Shown in pieces: positions 1 to 13,057 of a stretch of DNA of 64,000 bases. The position numbers and the translations under genes are program-made. How positions within the stretch are numbered: the stretch's first letter is position 1; every line of letters begins with the position of its first letter. Location of the stretch: the NCBI RefSeq assembly GCF_000026545.1, contig NC_011601.1; one strand, 5' to 3'. The stretch is from Escherichia coli O127:H6 str. E2348/69. Lineage in GTDB: Bacteria; Pseudomonadota; Gammaproteobacteria; Enterobacterales; Enterobacteriaceae. The notes below the pieces were generated by a model. It was not told where the DNA came from. It was given only the letters and a program-made list of their open reading frames with translations, and ran no database searches.

Positions 1-1901
<1,901 letters not shown>

Positions 1902-2102
1902 TTATTTCGCATCCTCTTCGCAAACACAGTGCTGACAATTCAGCAGCCTGATATTAGGCACTCAACTAATACGCTGCTGACGCTGTCCTCAACACCAGAT
2001 ATTTTCCCTAACCCGATAGTGTATGAGAAAAGATTTAACGCTGATAAACTAATCCTTTATGGTTAGGAGAAAAAATAATGTGATTATTCTGGGCTCTTAA
2101 CA

Positions 2103-2116
2103 TTGATCGTTATCAA
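2103..2116. promoter_or_regulatory. FNR-type box TTGAT-N4-ATCAA upstream of ydhY operon
   Basis: Perfect ttgatcgttatcaa palindrome ~200 bp upstream of ydhY start in an AT-rich leader; ydhY operon is known to be FNR-dependent. Confidence 0.55.
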
Positions 2117-2356
2117 TTAAAATCACAAAGCAAGAAATTATAAGTGAACTGATATTTATTATCATTTGAAATAAATTTAACTTAACCGACAATTATTTGT
2201 GAAGTTCATCGCAGAAAATAAAAATAACTTTATCGCTATAAATTAAAATACACACCGAAATTCATATAATTTCAGCAGTTGTTATTTAGAATGATTAACT
2301 GGACCGCAACTGAACTAACAATATCAGGATGAAGCTTACCGCCTCATCCTGAATGG

Positions 2357-2566
2357 TCATTTTACCAGTGCGTTAATGACTGTCTCCATCGCCTGCTTTT
2401 CCAGCTCACTGCGCTGAATGCGTTTATTGGCTAATGCTGTACGTAATACGCCTGCGATAACAATATGCTTTGGTTCCTGCCCCAGATCGCGCATTTCCAG
2501 CACAACTTTACCGACAACTCTGCACATTTCTCGGTACAGTTCATCCTCTTTTGTCCGGTTTCCCAT
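2357..2566 (-). CDS. fumD: Small protein YdhZ/FumD (69 aa)
   Basis: 69-aa ORF at the K-12 position between ydhY and pykF. Confidence 0.65.
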   Translation of the reverse strand: MGNRTKEDELYREMCRVVGKVVLEMRDLGQEPKHIVIAGVLRTALANKRIQRSELEKQAMETVINALVK

Positions 2567-3122
2567 TCTTTATACCTATTTATCATGCCAACTATCAGCA
2601 TATATCAATCTAACCAATTAAACAAAAATCAAACAAAATCAGACAAATAACGTGATAAATTATTTTAACTGTAGCAATTGAGCGATGATGTATTTATACA
2701 CCGGATGAACTTTCACTTATCCTCACACTGACAACCCCGGCACCAGACGTTGCGCAAACAACGAAGTTTTTGCGTAACCTTTTCCCTGGAACGCTGAATC
2801 TTTGATAACAATTTATTGTCTTACAAGTTGTATATTTTTTGAAACGCTGTTTTTGTTTTCCTTTTGGATTAATTTCAGCGTATAATGCGCGCCAATTGAC
2901 TCTTGAATGGTTTCAGCACTTTGGACTGTAGAACTCAACGACTCAAAAACAGGCACTCACGTTGGGCTGAGACACAAGCACACATTCCTCTGCACGCTTT
3001 TTCGATGTCACCTATCCTTAGAGCGAGGCACAACCACTTTCGTAATACCGGATTCGCTTTCCGGCAGTGCGCCCAGAAAGCAAGTTTCTCCCATCCTTCT
3101 CAACTTAAAGACTAAGACTGTC

Positions 3123-4535
3123 ATGAAAAAGACCAAAATTGTTTGCACCATCGGACCGAAAACCGAATCTGAAGAGATGTTAGCTAAAATGCTGGACGCT
3201 GGCATGAACGTTATGCGTCTGAACTTCTCTCATGGTGACTATGCAGAACACGGTCAGCGCATTCAGAATCTGCGCAACGTGATGAGCAAAACTGGTAAAA
3301 CCGCCGCTATCCTGCTTGATACCAAAGGTCCCGAAATCCGCACCATGAAACTGGAAGGCGGTAACGACGTTTCTCTGAAAGCGGGTCAGACCTTTACTTT
3401 CACTACTGATAAATCTGTTATCGGCAACAGCGAAATGGTTGCGGTAACGTATGAAGGTTTCACTACTGACCTGTCTGTTGGCAACACCGTACTGGTTGAC
3501 GACGGTCTGATCGGTATGGAAGTTACCGCCATTGAAGGTAACAAAGTTATCTGTAAAGTGCTGAACAACGGCGACCTGGGCGAAAACAAAGGTGTGAACC
3601 TGCCTGGCGTTTCCATTGCCCTGCCAGCACTGGCTGAAAAAGACAAACAGGACCTGATCTTTGGTTGCGAACAAGGCGTAGACTTTGTTGCTGCTTCCTT
3701 TATTCGTAAGCGTTCTGACGTTATCGAAATCCGTGAGCACCTGAAAGCGCACGGCGGCGAAAACATCCACATCATCTCCAAAATCGAAAACCAGGAAGGC
3801 CTCAACAACTTCGACGAAATCCTCGAAGCCTCTGACGGCATCATGGTTGCGCGTGGCGACCTGGGTGTAGAAATCCCGGTAGAAGAAGTTATCTTCGCCC
3901 AGAAGATGATGATCGAAAAATGTATCCGTGCACGTAAAGTCGTTATCACTGCGACCCAGATGCTGGATTCCATGATCAAAAACCCACGCCCGACTCGCGC
4001 AGAAGCCGGTGACGTTGCAAACGCCATCCTCGACGGTACTGACGCAGTGATGCTGTCTGGTGAATCCGCAAAAGGTAAATACCCGCTGGAAGCGGTTTCT
4101 ATCATGGCGACCATCTGCGAACGTACCGACCGCGTGATGAACAGCCGTCTCGAGTTCAACAATGACAACCGTAAACTGCGTATTACCGAAGCGGTATGCC
4201 GTGGTGCCGTTGAAACTGCTGAAAAACTGGATGCTCCACTGATCGTGGTTGCTACTCAGGGCGGTAAATCTGCTCGCGCAGTACGTAAATACTTCCCGGA
4301 TGCCACCATCCTGGCACTGACCACCAACGAAAAAACGGCTCACCAGTTAGTACTGAGCAAAGGTGTTGTGCCGCAGCTGGTTAAAGAGATCACTTCTACT
4401 GATGACTTCTACCGTCTGGGTAAAGAACTGGCTCTGCAGAGCGGTCTGGCACACAAAGGTGATGTCGTAGTTATGGTTTCTGGTGCACTGGTACCGAGCG
4501 GCACTACTAACACCGCATCTGTTCACGTCCTGTAA
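3123..4535 (+). CDS. pykF: Pyruvate kinase I
   Basis: 470-aa product starting [20 protein letters not shown]; ORF-track ORF begins earlier but the in-frame ATG at 3123 gives canonical length. Confidence 0.95.
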
Positions 4536-4566
4536 TATTGCTTTTGTGAATTAATTTGTATATCGA

Positions 4567-4590
4567 AGCGCCTTGATGGGCGCTTTTTTT
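4567..4590 (+). terminator. Rho-independent terminator after pykF
   Basis: GC hairpin agcgcc-ttgatg-ggcgct followed by T7 run. Confidence 0.7.
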
Positions 4591-4833
4591 ATTTAATCGA
4601 TAACCAGAAGCAATAAAAAATCAAATCGGATTTCACTATATAATCTCACTTTATCTAAGATGAATCCGATGGAAGCATCCTGTTTTCTCTCAATTTTTTT
4701 ATCTAAAACCCAGCGTTCGATGCTTCTTTGAGCGAACGATCAAAAATAAGTGCCTTCCCATCAAAAAAATATTCTCAACATAAAAAACTTTGTGTAATAC
4801 TTGTAACGCTACATGGAGATTAACTCAATCTAG

Positions 4834-5082
<249 letters not shown>

Positions 5083-5100
5083 TAGTACCTGTGAAGTGAA

Positions 5101-5129
5101 AAATGGCGCACATTGTGCGCCATTTTTTT
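5101..5129. terminator. Bidirectional terminator between lpp and ldtE
   Basis: Hairpin aaatggcgcac-attg-tgcgccattt flanked by A-run and T-run. Confidence 0.7.
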
Positions 5130-5144
5130 GCCTGCTATTTACCG

Positions 5145-6149
5145 CTACTGCGTCGCGCGTAACATATTCCCTTGCTCTGGTTCCCCATTCTGCGCTGACT
5201 CTACTGAAGGCGCATTGCTGGCTGCGGGAGTTGCTCCACTGCTCACCGCAACCGGATACCCTGCCCGACGATACAACGCTTTATCGACTAACTTCTGATC
5301 TACAGCCTTATTGTCTTTAAATTGCGTAAAGCCTGCTGGCAGCGTGTACGGCATTGTCTGAACGTTCTGCTGTTCTTCTGCCGATAGTGGTCGATGTACT
5401 TCAACATAACGCATCCCGTTAGGTTCCACGGAATATTTCACCGGTTCGTTGATCACTTTCACCGGCGTTCCCGTCCGCACGCTGGAGAATAAAGCTTTAA
5501 TATCCGGTGCATTCATGCGAATACAGCCCGAACTGACGCGCAAACCGACGCTGTCCGGCGCACTGGTGCCATGAATGAGGTATTCGCCATTACCATGCGC
5601 GAGGCGCAGTGCGTAACGTCCTAGTGGGTTATTGGGCCCGGCAGGAACGACTGGTGGTAATTTAATGCCACGCTCCAGCGAACGTTGACGAATGCCCGCC
5701 GTAGGCGTCCAGGTTGGGTTAGGGATTTTCTGCCCCACACGCGTTTCCATCACCGGCGTTTCCAGCCCCTGCAAACCAATACCTATCGGATAAACCTGCA
5801 CGATATTTTCTCCCGGCGGATAATAATAAAGGCGCAGCTCTGCAAGGTTTACAATAATCCCCTGACGCGGCGCATCAGGTAATAATAGTTGTGAAGGAAT
5901 AGTTATCGTCGTACCGGGTTTTGGCAGCGGGGCGATAGTGTTATTGGCTTCAAGGATCAACATTGCCGCAGTATCAAAACGTCGGGCGATGGCCTGAAGG
6001 TTTTTATCCCCTTCTTGCACCGTATACGTTTGATTTTGCCCAACCAGTCGACTGCCGGTTGGTGGTAGCGGATAATCAACCGCCCAGGCAGCCTGGATGG
6101 CGCTAAAAGCGCCGATAAGCGTGAGTGTAAGCAAAGACGCGCGTTTCAT
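5145..6149 (-). CDS. ldtE: L,D-transpeptidase (LysM + YkuD domains)
   Basis: 334-aa ORF with signal peptide and catalytic SSGCIRM motif; synteny next to lpp/sufE. Confidence 0.85.
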   Translation of the reverse strand: MKRASLLTLTLIGAFSAIQAAWAVDYPLPPTGSRLVGQNQTYTVQEGDKNLQAIARRFDTAAMLILEANNTIAPLPKPGTTITIPSQLLLPDAPRQGIIVNLAELRLYYYPPGENIVQVYPIGIGLQGLETPVMETRVGQKIPNPTWTPTAGIRQRSLERGIKLPPVVPAGPNNPLGRYALRLAHGNGEYLIHGTSAPDSVGLRVSSGCIRMNAPDIKALFSSVRTGTPVKVINEPVKYSVEPNGMRYVEVHRPLSAEEQQNVQTMPYTLPAGFTQFKDNKAVDQKLVDKALYRRAGYPVAVSSGATPAASNAPSVESAQNGEPEQGNMLRATQ

Positions 6150-6297
6150 TGTAAACCTCCTGTATTTGCCGGAGACTCACGCTGAAACGTCGGATGGCGC
6201 TTATGTTCACCTGAAACCAAAACACTCCTGTGCAGGCCAGTGTAAACATTGACCACCCGGCAATGTGAGCCAACCGGATGAAAGCTGTCCCTTTAGT

Positions 6298-6714
6298 TTA
6301 GCTAAGTGCAGCGGCTTTGGCGCGAATTGCGCGAATCATCGCTTCCAGACCTTGTGAGCGTGATGGGGTGAGATGTTGGGTGAGCGCCATTTTTTCAAAC
6401 CACGGGCGCACATCGAAATTGACAATATCCTGCGGCGTCATTTGATCGTAAAGAATAAAGACGACCGCAATAAGCCCTTTTACAATGGCCGCATCGCTGT
6501 CGCCCTGTAATTCAATAATTCCCTGCGCATTTTGACGCATCACAATCCACACCTGACTCTGGCAGCCCTGGATGCTATTTTGCGGGCTTTTGTCTTCGTC
6601 ACGTAATTCTGGCAGACGCTGACCCAACTCAATAATGTAGAGATATTTCTCTTCCCAGTTGGCGCAGCGTAAAAAATTACGCAGCAATTTTTCTTTATCC
6701 GGCAATAAAGCCAT
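6298..6714 (-). CDS. sufE: Cysteine desulfuration protein SufE
   Basis: 138-aa ORF; position downstream of sufS. Confidence 0.9.
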
Positions 6715-6726
6715 AGTGCCTCCCTG

Positions 6727-7947
6727 TTATCCCAGTAGACGGTGAATACGTTGCAGGCCGGTCACCAGACGATCCACTTCTTCATGGGTGTTATACATGG
6801 CCAGCGATGCCCGACACATCGCAGGGACGTTGTAATAGGCCATTAATGGCATTGCGCAGTGATGTCCGGTACGCACAGCAATGCCGTAATTATCGAGAAA
6901 ACTGCCAACATCATAGGCGTGGTGTTTACCGAGATTAAAAGCAATAACGCCAAGTCTGTCCGGCGGACCATAGAGCGTAAGATCCGGCACCGCTGCCAAC
7001 TGCGACAATGCGTAATGCATCAGATTTTGTTCATACTCGGCAATGTTGTTAAGCCCCAGCGCCGAAACATACTCCAGCGCCGCGCCAAGGCCAATAATAC
7101 CTCCGGTATTGGGCGTACCGGCTTCAAACCGCCACGGCGCTTTGGTCCAGGTAGTGCCTTCACTCAGGCTAACGGTGGCAATCATAGAACCGCCCCCTTC
7201 CCACGGCGGCATCTCCTGCAACAAGGCTTCTTTGACATAAAGAATGCCAATTCCGGTAGGGCCATACAGTTTATGCCCGGAGAACACGTAAAAATCGCAA
7301 TCCAGCGCCTGAACATCCACCGGATGATGCATCACCGCCTGAGCGCCATCCACCAGCACTTTTGCGCCATGTTGATGCGCAAGTGTGATCATCTCCGCCA
7401 GCGGATTTTCTGTCCCAAGCACGTTGGAGACATGAGTAATTGCCAGCAGGCGAGTTTTCTCATCAAACAGCGTAGGCAGCGTCTCCAGTTGCAGAGTACC
7501 GTCGGGGTTGAGCGGGATCACACGCAGCTCTGCGCCAACGCGTGCACAAAGCATCTGCCAGGGGACAATGTTAGCGTGGTGCTCCATCTGACTGATGATG
7601 ATGTTATCGCCCGCCCGCACATTGCTGTTGCCCCAGCTATTGGCGACCAGATTGATCCCTTCCGTCGTACCGCGGACGAACACCAGCTCTTCCGCCGAAC
7701 GGGCATTAATAAACAGCGATGCCCGCTTGCGCACGTTCTCCATTTTCTCGGTCGCCTGGGCGCTTAAGGTATGAATACCGCGATGCACCGCCGCGTAGCC
7801 GTGACGATAAAACTCAGCCTCGGCGTCAATCACCTGGCTTGGTTTCTGCGCACTGGCGGCACTGTCGAGATAAGCCAGCGGCAAACCGTTTACCTCACGA
7901 GAAAGCACCGGAAAGTCGGCCCGCACTTTGTCGACGGAAAAAGTCAT
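6727..7947 (-). CDS. sufS: Cysteine desulfurase SufS (PLP-dependent)
   Basis: 406-aa class-V aminotransferase-like ORF in the suf operon. Confidence 0.9.
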   Translation of the reverse strand: MTFSVDKVRADFPVLSREVNGLPLAYLDSAASAQKPSQVIDAEAEFYRHGYAAVHRGIHTLSAQATEKMENVRKRASLFINARSAEELVFVRGTTEGINLVANSWGNSNVRAGDNIIISQMEHHANIVPWQMLCARVGAELRVIPLNPDGTLQLETLPTLFDEKTRLLAITHVSNVLGTENPLAEMITLAHQHGAKVLVDGAQAVMHHPVDVQALDCDFYVFSGHKLYGPTGIGILYVKEALLQEMPPWEGGGSMIATVSLSEGTTWTKAPWRFEAGTPNTGGIIGLGAALEYVSALGLNNIAEYEQNLMHYALSQLAAVPDLTLYGPPDRLGVIAFNLGKHHAYDVGSFLDNYGIAVRTGHHCAMPLMAYYNVPAMCRASLAMYNTHEEVDRLVTGLQRIHRLLG

Positions 7948-9215
7948 CTTGCACCTCCTGGCAGTCGTTGACCGATTCGGGCCAGCACCTGCTGTTTAAG
8001 CCCCTCATCACGCAGTGCTTCCGTCAGTTCGGCAGCAAAGGCGTAAATGATCATCTGCTGGGCATCTTGCTGATTGATCCCGCGCGAGCGCAGATAAAAC
8101 ATCTGTTCGTTATCAATACGCCCCACCGTCGCGCCGTGGCTGCATTTCACATCATCTGCATAGATTTCCAGCTGCGGTTTCGTATCCACTTCCGCCAGTT
8201 TGCCCATCAGCAGATTATTGTTGGTCATCTGACCATCCGTTTTGATGGCGTGCTGCGCGACGTTGATCAAACCGTTAAATACCGCGCGGCCTTTGTCGCT
8301 GACGATAGTTTTGTGCAACTGTCGGCTGTTACAAAAACCTTTATTGTGTTCCAACCAGGTACGAGTATCACACACCTCGTTTTTCACCGGCATCGCCAGG
8401 CTATTGATCCGCACCGTGCTGTTTTCGCCATTGAGTTGCGTACTGGTGTTGTGTCGTAACACTGCGCCACCCAGCAGGAAACTGTGGCTAAATGCGGTGG
8501 CATCGTCAGCCAGCAACAAATCGTTATGAGCAAAGTGGTGACTGAGCGGGTTTTCAAACGCCAGCTTGATATGCTGCAAATGGGCGTTCGCTGCGACGTT
8601 GATAGTGAACCGTGCGCCGGTGAAGTGACGAGCATCATTAAGGCTGACAAAATGTTCGATCACCGTTGCTTCGGCACCTTCCGCCAGATCCAGATGATGC
8701 CGGTAATGGGCAGTATTCACCTCTTCACCTGCCACGCCCTGGGTGATATGCATTAACAGCAATGGCTTTGCCGGCCGTTGACCGCGCTTCACGGCGATAT
8801 GCGTCACGCTTTGTGCCAGGCTTTCCGTCAAATGCAGAAACACTTCCGCCTGAATAGCGTCGGGTAACCCCTGACGGTCGTCGTTAATGCTCACTTCATA
8901 TCCGCTGCCTTCAGTTGCATCGCTCAGTGCGGGCACGTAACGTCCATCGACAAACACCAGCCGCACGGCGTCTAATGTTAACGCTAAGGCATCACGCTGC
9001 TGTGGGGATATCTCCCCCGCAATGCTGACAAACTGGCTATTGGTCAGCCCGTCCAGCGGCGTATATTTCCAGTTTTCATGTTTACGTGTCGGCAGTCCGG
9101 TACGCAGCAATTGTTGTAAATGCTGCTGTGCTTGCGGGGAGCGTTTCGCCCCTTCAGCTTCAAACAAATGATTCCACTGTTGCAGTGCGTTACTGCTGTT
9201 CGGTAAGCCAGCCAT
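7944..9215 (-). CDS. sufD: Fe-S cluster assembly protein SufD
   Basis: 423-aa ORF, 4-nt overlap with sufS. Confidence 0.9.
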   Translation of the reverse strand: MAGLPNSSNALQQWNHLFEAEGAKRSPQAQQHLQQLLRTGLPTRKHENWKYTPLDGLTNSQFVSIAGEISPQQRDALALTLDAVRLVFVDGRYVPALSDATEGSGYEVSINDDRQGLPDAIQAEVFLHLTESLAQSVTHIAVKRGQRPAKPLLLMHITQGVAGEEVNTAHYRHHLDLAEGAEATVIEHFVSLNDARHFTGARFTINVAANAHLQHIKLAFENPLSHHFAHNDLLLADDATAFSHSFLLGGAVLRHNTSTQLNGENSTVRINSLAMPVKNEVCDTRTWLEHNKGFCNSRQLHKTIVSDKGRAVFNGLINVAQHAIKTDGQMTNNNLLMGKLAEVDTKPQLEIYADDVKCSHGATVGRIDNEQMFYLRSRGINQQDAQQMIIYAFAAELTEALRDEGLKQQVLARIGQRLPGGAR

Positions 9216-9936
9216 AACCCTGCTCCTCCAGTTGTTTGACCAACGTGAAATCGCTGGATTTCACAATTCGTCCCTGATACAGCACATGGACGTAATCAGG
9301 CTTGATGTAGTCGAGAATGCGTTGGTAGTGCGTAACAATGATGAATGAACGCTTGCCGTCACGCAGCGAGTTCACGCCATCGGCAACCACTTTTAATGCG
9401 TCAATATCCAGCCCGGAGTCTGACTCATCAAGAATGCATAACTCCGGTTCCAGCACCGCCATTTGCAAAATATCGTTGCGCTTTTTCTCGCCGCCGGAAA
9501 AACCAACGTTTACCGAACGGGTTAATAAATCTTCCGGCATCTTCAGGAGAGCGATTTTCTCTTCCATCAAATCCTGAAAATCAAAGCGGTCGAGCGTTTC
9601 CTGGCCGCGATAGCTGCGCACCGCATTAAGTGCCGTTTGCAGGAAAAACTGGTTACTGACGCCGGGAATTTCCACCGGATACTGGAAGGCCATAAAGATG
9701 CCTTCACCTGCACGATCTTCCGGCGACAGCGCAAGCAAATCTTTGCCTTTAAACTCAACCGTGCCGCTCGTCACTTCATAATCTTCTCGCCCGGCAAGCG
9801 TTGCCGATAAGGTACTTTTGCCCGAACCATTGGGCCCCATAATGGCGTGAACTTCGCCGGGACGAACGTCGAGGCTTAATCCACGCAGGATAGCTTTATC
9901 TTCCACGCTGACGTGTAACTCTTTAATACTTAACAT
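9190..9936 (-). CDS. sufC: Fe-S cluster assembly ATPase SufC
   Basis: 248-aa ABC-type ATPase ORF (GPNGSGKST Walker A). Confidence 0.92.
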   Translation of the reverse strand: MLSIKELHVSVEDKAILRGLSLDVRPGEVHAIMGPNGSGKSTLSATLAGREDYEVTSGTVEFKGKDLLALSPEDRAGEGIFMAFQYPVEIPGVSNQFFLQTALNAVRSYRGQETLDRFDFQDLMEEKIALLKMPEDLLTRSVNVGFSGGEKKRNDILQMAVLEPELCILDESDSGLDIDALKVVADGVNSLRDGKRSFIIVTHYQRILDYIKPDYVHVLYQGRIVKSSDFTLVKQLEEQGYGWLTEQQ

Positions 9937-9945
9937 ATTTATTCC

Positions 9946-11433
9946 TTATCCGACGCTGTGTTCAAGACTGATGGCGAGGAGTTTTTGTGCTTCAACGGCA
10001 AATTCCAGCGGCAGTTCCGAGAACACGTCTTTGCAAAAACCGTTAACAATCATCGAGATGGCATCTTCTTCGCTGATCCCGCGTTGCAGGCAGTAAAACA
10101 GTTGATCTTCACCAATACGTGATGTCGTTGCCTCGTGCTCCAGCTGAGCGCTGTTATTGCGACATTCGACATACGGGAAGGTATGCGCCCCACAATTAGC
10201 GCCAATCAGCATTGAGTCGCACTGAGTGAAATTGCGCGCATTGGTTGCCGTCGGCATGATTTTCACTAAGCCGCGATAACTGTTCTGACTATGTCCGGCA
10301 GAGATCCCTTTCGAGATAATGGTCGATTTGGTGTTTTTACCGATGTGGATCATCTTGGTGCCGGTATCCGCTTGCTGATGACCGCTGGTCAGCGCCACTG
10401 AGTAAAACTCACCAATGGAGTTATCGCCGCGCAAAATGCAGCTGGGATATTTCCACGTAATCGCTGAGCCGGTTTCTGATTGCGTCCATGACATTTTGCT
10501 GTTTTCGCCTTCGCACAAAGCACGCTTAGTGACGAAGTTGAGAATACCGCCGGTGTTGTTATCGCCAGGGAACCAGTTTTGTACCGTGGAATATTTCACC
10601 TCGGCGTTTTTATGGATGATGACTTCCACCACCGCCGCGTGTAACTGATAGCTGTCACGCACCGGAGCGGAACAGCCTTCAATGTAGCTAACGTAGCTGT
10701 CTTCGTCGGCCACCAGAATGGTGCGCTCAAACTGCCCGGTTTTTTCCGCGTTAATACGAAAATAGGTGGAAAGTTCCATCGGGCAACGCACGCCTTTAGG
10801 CACATAAATAAACGTACCGTCAGAGGCTACCGCCGCATTAAGTGCGGCAAAGAAGTTGTCATTCCCCGGCACCACGGTGCCGAGATATTTACGCACCAGT
10901 TCCGGGTGATCGTGGATCGCCTCGCCAAAGGAACAAAAAATAATTCCCTGCTCCGCCAGTTTTTCGCGATAAGTAGTGGCAACCGAAACAGAGTCGAAAA
11001 TGGCATCCACTGCCACCTCTTTGCCTTCCCGCACGGGAACGCCCAACTGCTCAAACGCCGCCTCCACCTCTTTACTTAAAAAGGCGTTCGCGCCAGTTTG
11101 CTGCACCGCGCCGGGTTCAGACGCGCAGTTGTCGTCACAATGACCGCACGATGGTGCCGAGTAGTAGCTGTAATCCTGATAATTCAGCTTGTCGTAGTGC
11201 GCTTTCAACCAGTGTGGTTCTTCCATCTCCAGCCATGCGTGATAGGCATTGAGACGAAACTCCAGCATCCACTCCGGCTCATTACGCTTCGCCGAAATTG
11301 CGCGCACCACCTCTTCGTTTATCCCCTTTGCCAGCTCATCGGTGGCTAACTGGGTGAAGAATCCTTCTTTATAATTCAGCGGGCCGCCGGTCCAGGTTTT
11401 GACATCGTCAGTTGCTTCAGTATTACGAGACAT
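9946..11433 (-). CDS. sufB: Fe-S cluster assembly scaffold SufB
   Basis: ORF-track ORF is 508 aa; start set at internal Met ([10 protein letters not shown]...) giving 495 aa. Confidence 0.9.
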   Translation of the reverse strand: MSRNTEATDDVKTWTGGPLNYKEGFFTQLATDELAKGINEEVVRAISAKRNEPEWMLEFRLNAYHAWLEMEEPHWLKAHYDKLNYQDYSYYSAPSCGHCDDNCASEPGAVQQTGANAFLSKEVEAAFEQLGVPVREGKEVAVDAIFDSVSVATTYREKLAEQGIIFCSFGEAIHDHPELVRKYLGTVVPGNDNFFAALNAAVASDGTFIYVPKGVRCPMELSTYFRINAEKTGQFERTILVADEDSYVSYIEGCSAPVRDSYQLHAAVVEVIIHKNAEVKYSTVQNWFPGDNNTGGILNFVTKRALCEGENSKMSWTQSETGSAITWKYPSCILRGDNSIGEFYSVALTSGHQQADTGTKMIHIGKNTKSTIISKGISAGHSQNSYRGLVKIMPTATNARNFTQCDSMLIGANCGAHTFPYVECRNNSAQLEHEATTSRIGEDQLFYCLQRGISEEDAISMIVNGFCKDVFSELPLEFAVEAQKLLAISLEHSVG

Positions 11434-11441
11434 AGTACCGC

Positions 11442-11810
11442 CTATACCCCAAAGCTTTCGCCACAGCCACATTCATTCTGGGCTTTAGGGTTGTGAAATT
11501 TGAATATCTGATTAAGTCCTTCACGAACGAAATCGACTTCCGTGCCATCAATAAAAGGCATCGCTTGCAGCGGGACAAACAGCTTCGCGCCGTCGTGTTC
11601 AAACAGCAGATCGTCTTTGTCCGGCTCGCTAACACTGTCGAGCACATAGCCAAAGCCCGCGCAGCCCGTTTGCTTCACGCCTAAGCGCACGCCGATCATA
11701 CCAGGCTGCTTTGCCACCAGTTCGCGGATGTGTATCGCCGCTGCGGGTGTCAGCGTTAAGCCTTGCCAGGCGAAATCCTGTGGATTAAAGGTTCCTGAAT
11801 GCATGTCCAT
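11442..11810 (-). CDS. sufA: Fe-S cluster A-type carrier SufA
   Basis: 122-aa ORF ending ...CGCGESFGV. Confidence 0.92.
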   Translation of the reverse strand: MDMHSGTFNPQDFAWQGLTLTPAAAIHIRELVAKQPGMIGVRLGVKQTGCAGFGYVLDSVSEPDKDDLLFEHDGAKLFVPLQAMPFIDGTEVDFVREGLNQIFKFHNPKAQNECGCGESFGV

Positions 11811-11854
11811 CGATTTACCTCACTTCATCGCTTTCAGCGTATAACAGCATGTTA

Positions 11855-11871
11855 GTGATAATGATTATCAG
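11855..11871. promoter_or_regulatory. Fur-box-like site in suf promoter (gataatgattatc)
   Basis: Close match to the GATAATGATAATCATTATC Fur consensus ~50 bp upstream of sufA start; a second similar AT palindrome (tagataatgattattatcta) at ~11988-12007. Confidence 0.5.
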
Positions 11872-12089
11872 TTCAACCCAGCAAACGCAGGGGCTTTAGC
11901 GTAAAACATGCTTTTTACCTGCTTTTAATAAGCATAGACCCTGATTTGTGGGTTAACAGGCACGCTAAGAATTAGGTATCTCATTGTTAGATAATGATTA
12001 TTATCTAAGGAGCATTAAGGCTGTGATGAAAAAGAAAAAGTTGTATTGAAAATGACTATTTAAGGGATAGGTAAAAAAGTGCAGCGTTC

Positions 12090-12175
12090 AGAAATAAGAA
12101 AACCCTTAAGTCTGTGCGACACAGGCTTAAGGGTTTCTACCCCATCCGGCGCTTATCTCCGGCACTCACAGTGGC
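12090..12175 (-). ncRNA. Candidate small RNA (position expected for rydB): two stem-loops, the second followed by a U-rich tract on the minus strand
   Basis: Long perfect inverted repeat aacccttaag...cttaagggtt plus a second ccgg hairpin in the sufA–ydiH intergenic region; identity to RydB not confirmed. Confidence 0.35.
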
Positions 12176-12358
12176 TTAGCTCTTGAAGGGGCAATAAGGA
12201 TAATCTCATAAAGCTAACCCACTGTTTTAACACAAACTGCGATTTGTATTATTTTTGAACGTTATCAGTCGGGTAGATAGGCAGTATTAAGAAGGCCCTC
12301 GAACCTGGACGAAGATTAATCCAGGCCGATTTGGCGAACTCGCGACATTAAATCAGGA

Positions 12359-12547
12359 TCAATGCACGCCCAGACGCCAGGCGAAGTAGATTTCTTCTTT
12401 TAATTCAGCAGAAGAGAGAGTAAGCAGGTCAGCAAATTCAAGTTCTAATTGTTTCAGACGCTTGAGATATTGGGCAGGTGAAAGATTGCTTTGGTCACGG
12501 CGTAAAAATTCAATGGCCAGTTGGGTGGGATCAAGTTGAGTAGACAT
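12359..12547 (-). CDS. ydiH: Small protein YdiH
   Basis: 62-aa product from internal Met of the 72-aa ORF; synteny. Confidence 0.6.
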   Translation of the reverse strand: MSTQLDPTQLAIEFLRRDQSNLSPAQYLKRLKQLELEFADLLTLSSAELKEEIYFAWRLGVH

Positions 12548-12646
12548 AGCATCCTCGCTTTTAGACAAGACCTGCACAGTATACCACCGTTTACTGTGCA
12601 GATAACAACCAAAAGCAATATGCGTCTCACTTTTCTGGTTACAACG

Positions 12647-13057
12647 TCACAAAATGGCGGTCGTCAATCGTGAAGAACAGCACAAACGCCCTTTCTCATC
12701 GAAGATTTCAATCTGCCAGACCTGGTGACGCGAACCGAGATGCAACGGTTTGCATACGCCGCGCACCCGCCCTTCTCGTGCCGAGCGGACGTGGTTAGCA
12801 TTGATTTCCAGACCAACCACTTTTTGCTCACCTTCGGTACATAAATAACCGGCAACGGAACCGATACTTTCGGCCAGTACCACGGATGCACCTCCATGCA
12901 GCAACCCGAAAGGCTGCTTTGTCCGCGAGTCTACTGGCATTGTCGCTTCAAGGGTGTCATCACCAATATGTTCAAAGCGAATATCCAGCAACCCCACCAT
13001 GTTTCCTTCACCCATGGCATTCAGTGCTTCCAGGGTGATTTTTCGTTTCCATATCAT
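12647..13057 (-). CDS. menI: Hotdog-fold thioesterase (1,4-dihydroxy-2-naphthoyl-CoA hydrolase type)
   Basis: 136-aa ORF with LHGGAS motif; synteny (ydiI). Confidence 0.85.
   Translation of the reverse strand: MIWKRKITLEALNAMGEGNMVGLLDIRFEHIGDDTLEATMPVDSRTKQPFGLLHGGASVVLAESIGSVAGYLCTEGEQKVVGLEINANHVRSAREGRVRGVCKPLHLGSRHQVWQIEIFDEKGRLCCSSRLTTAIL

Noticed and set aside
3180-4343. Long antisense ORFs inside pykF (387 aa and 260 aa on the minus strand), and similar shadow ORFs inside sufS, ppsA, gene A, P and the peptidase gene
   Set aside because: They lie entirely within strongly supported genes on the opposite strand and have biased, low-complexity composition typical of GC-rich shadow frames; no independent support
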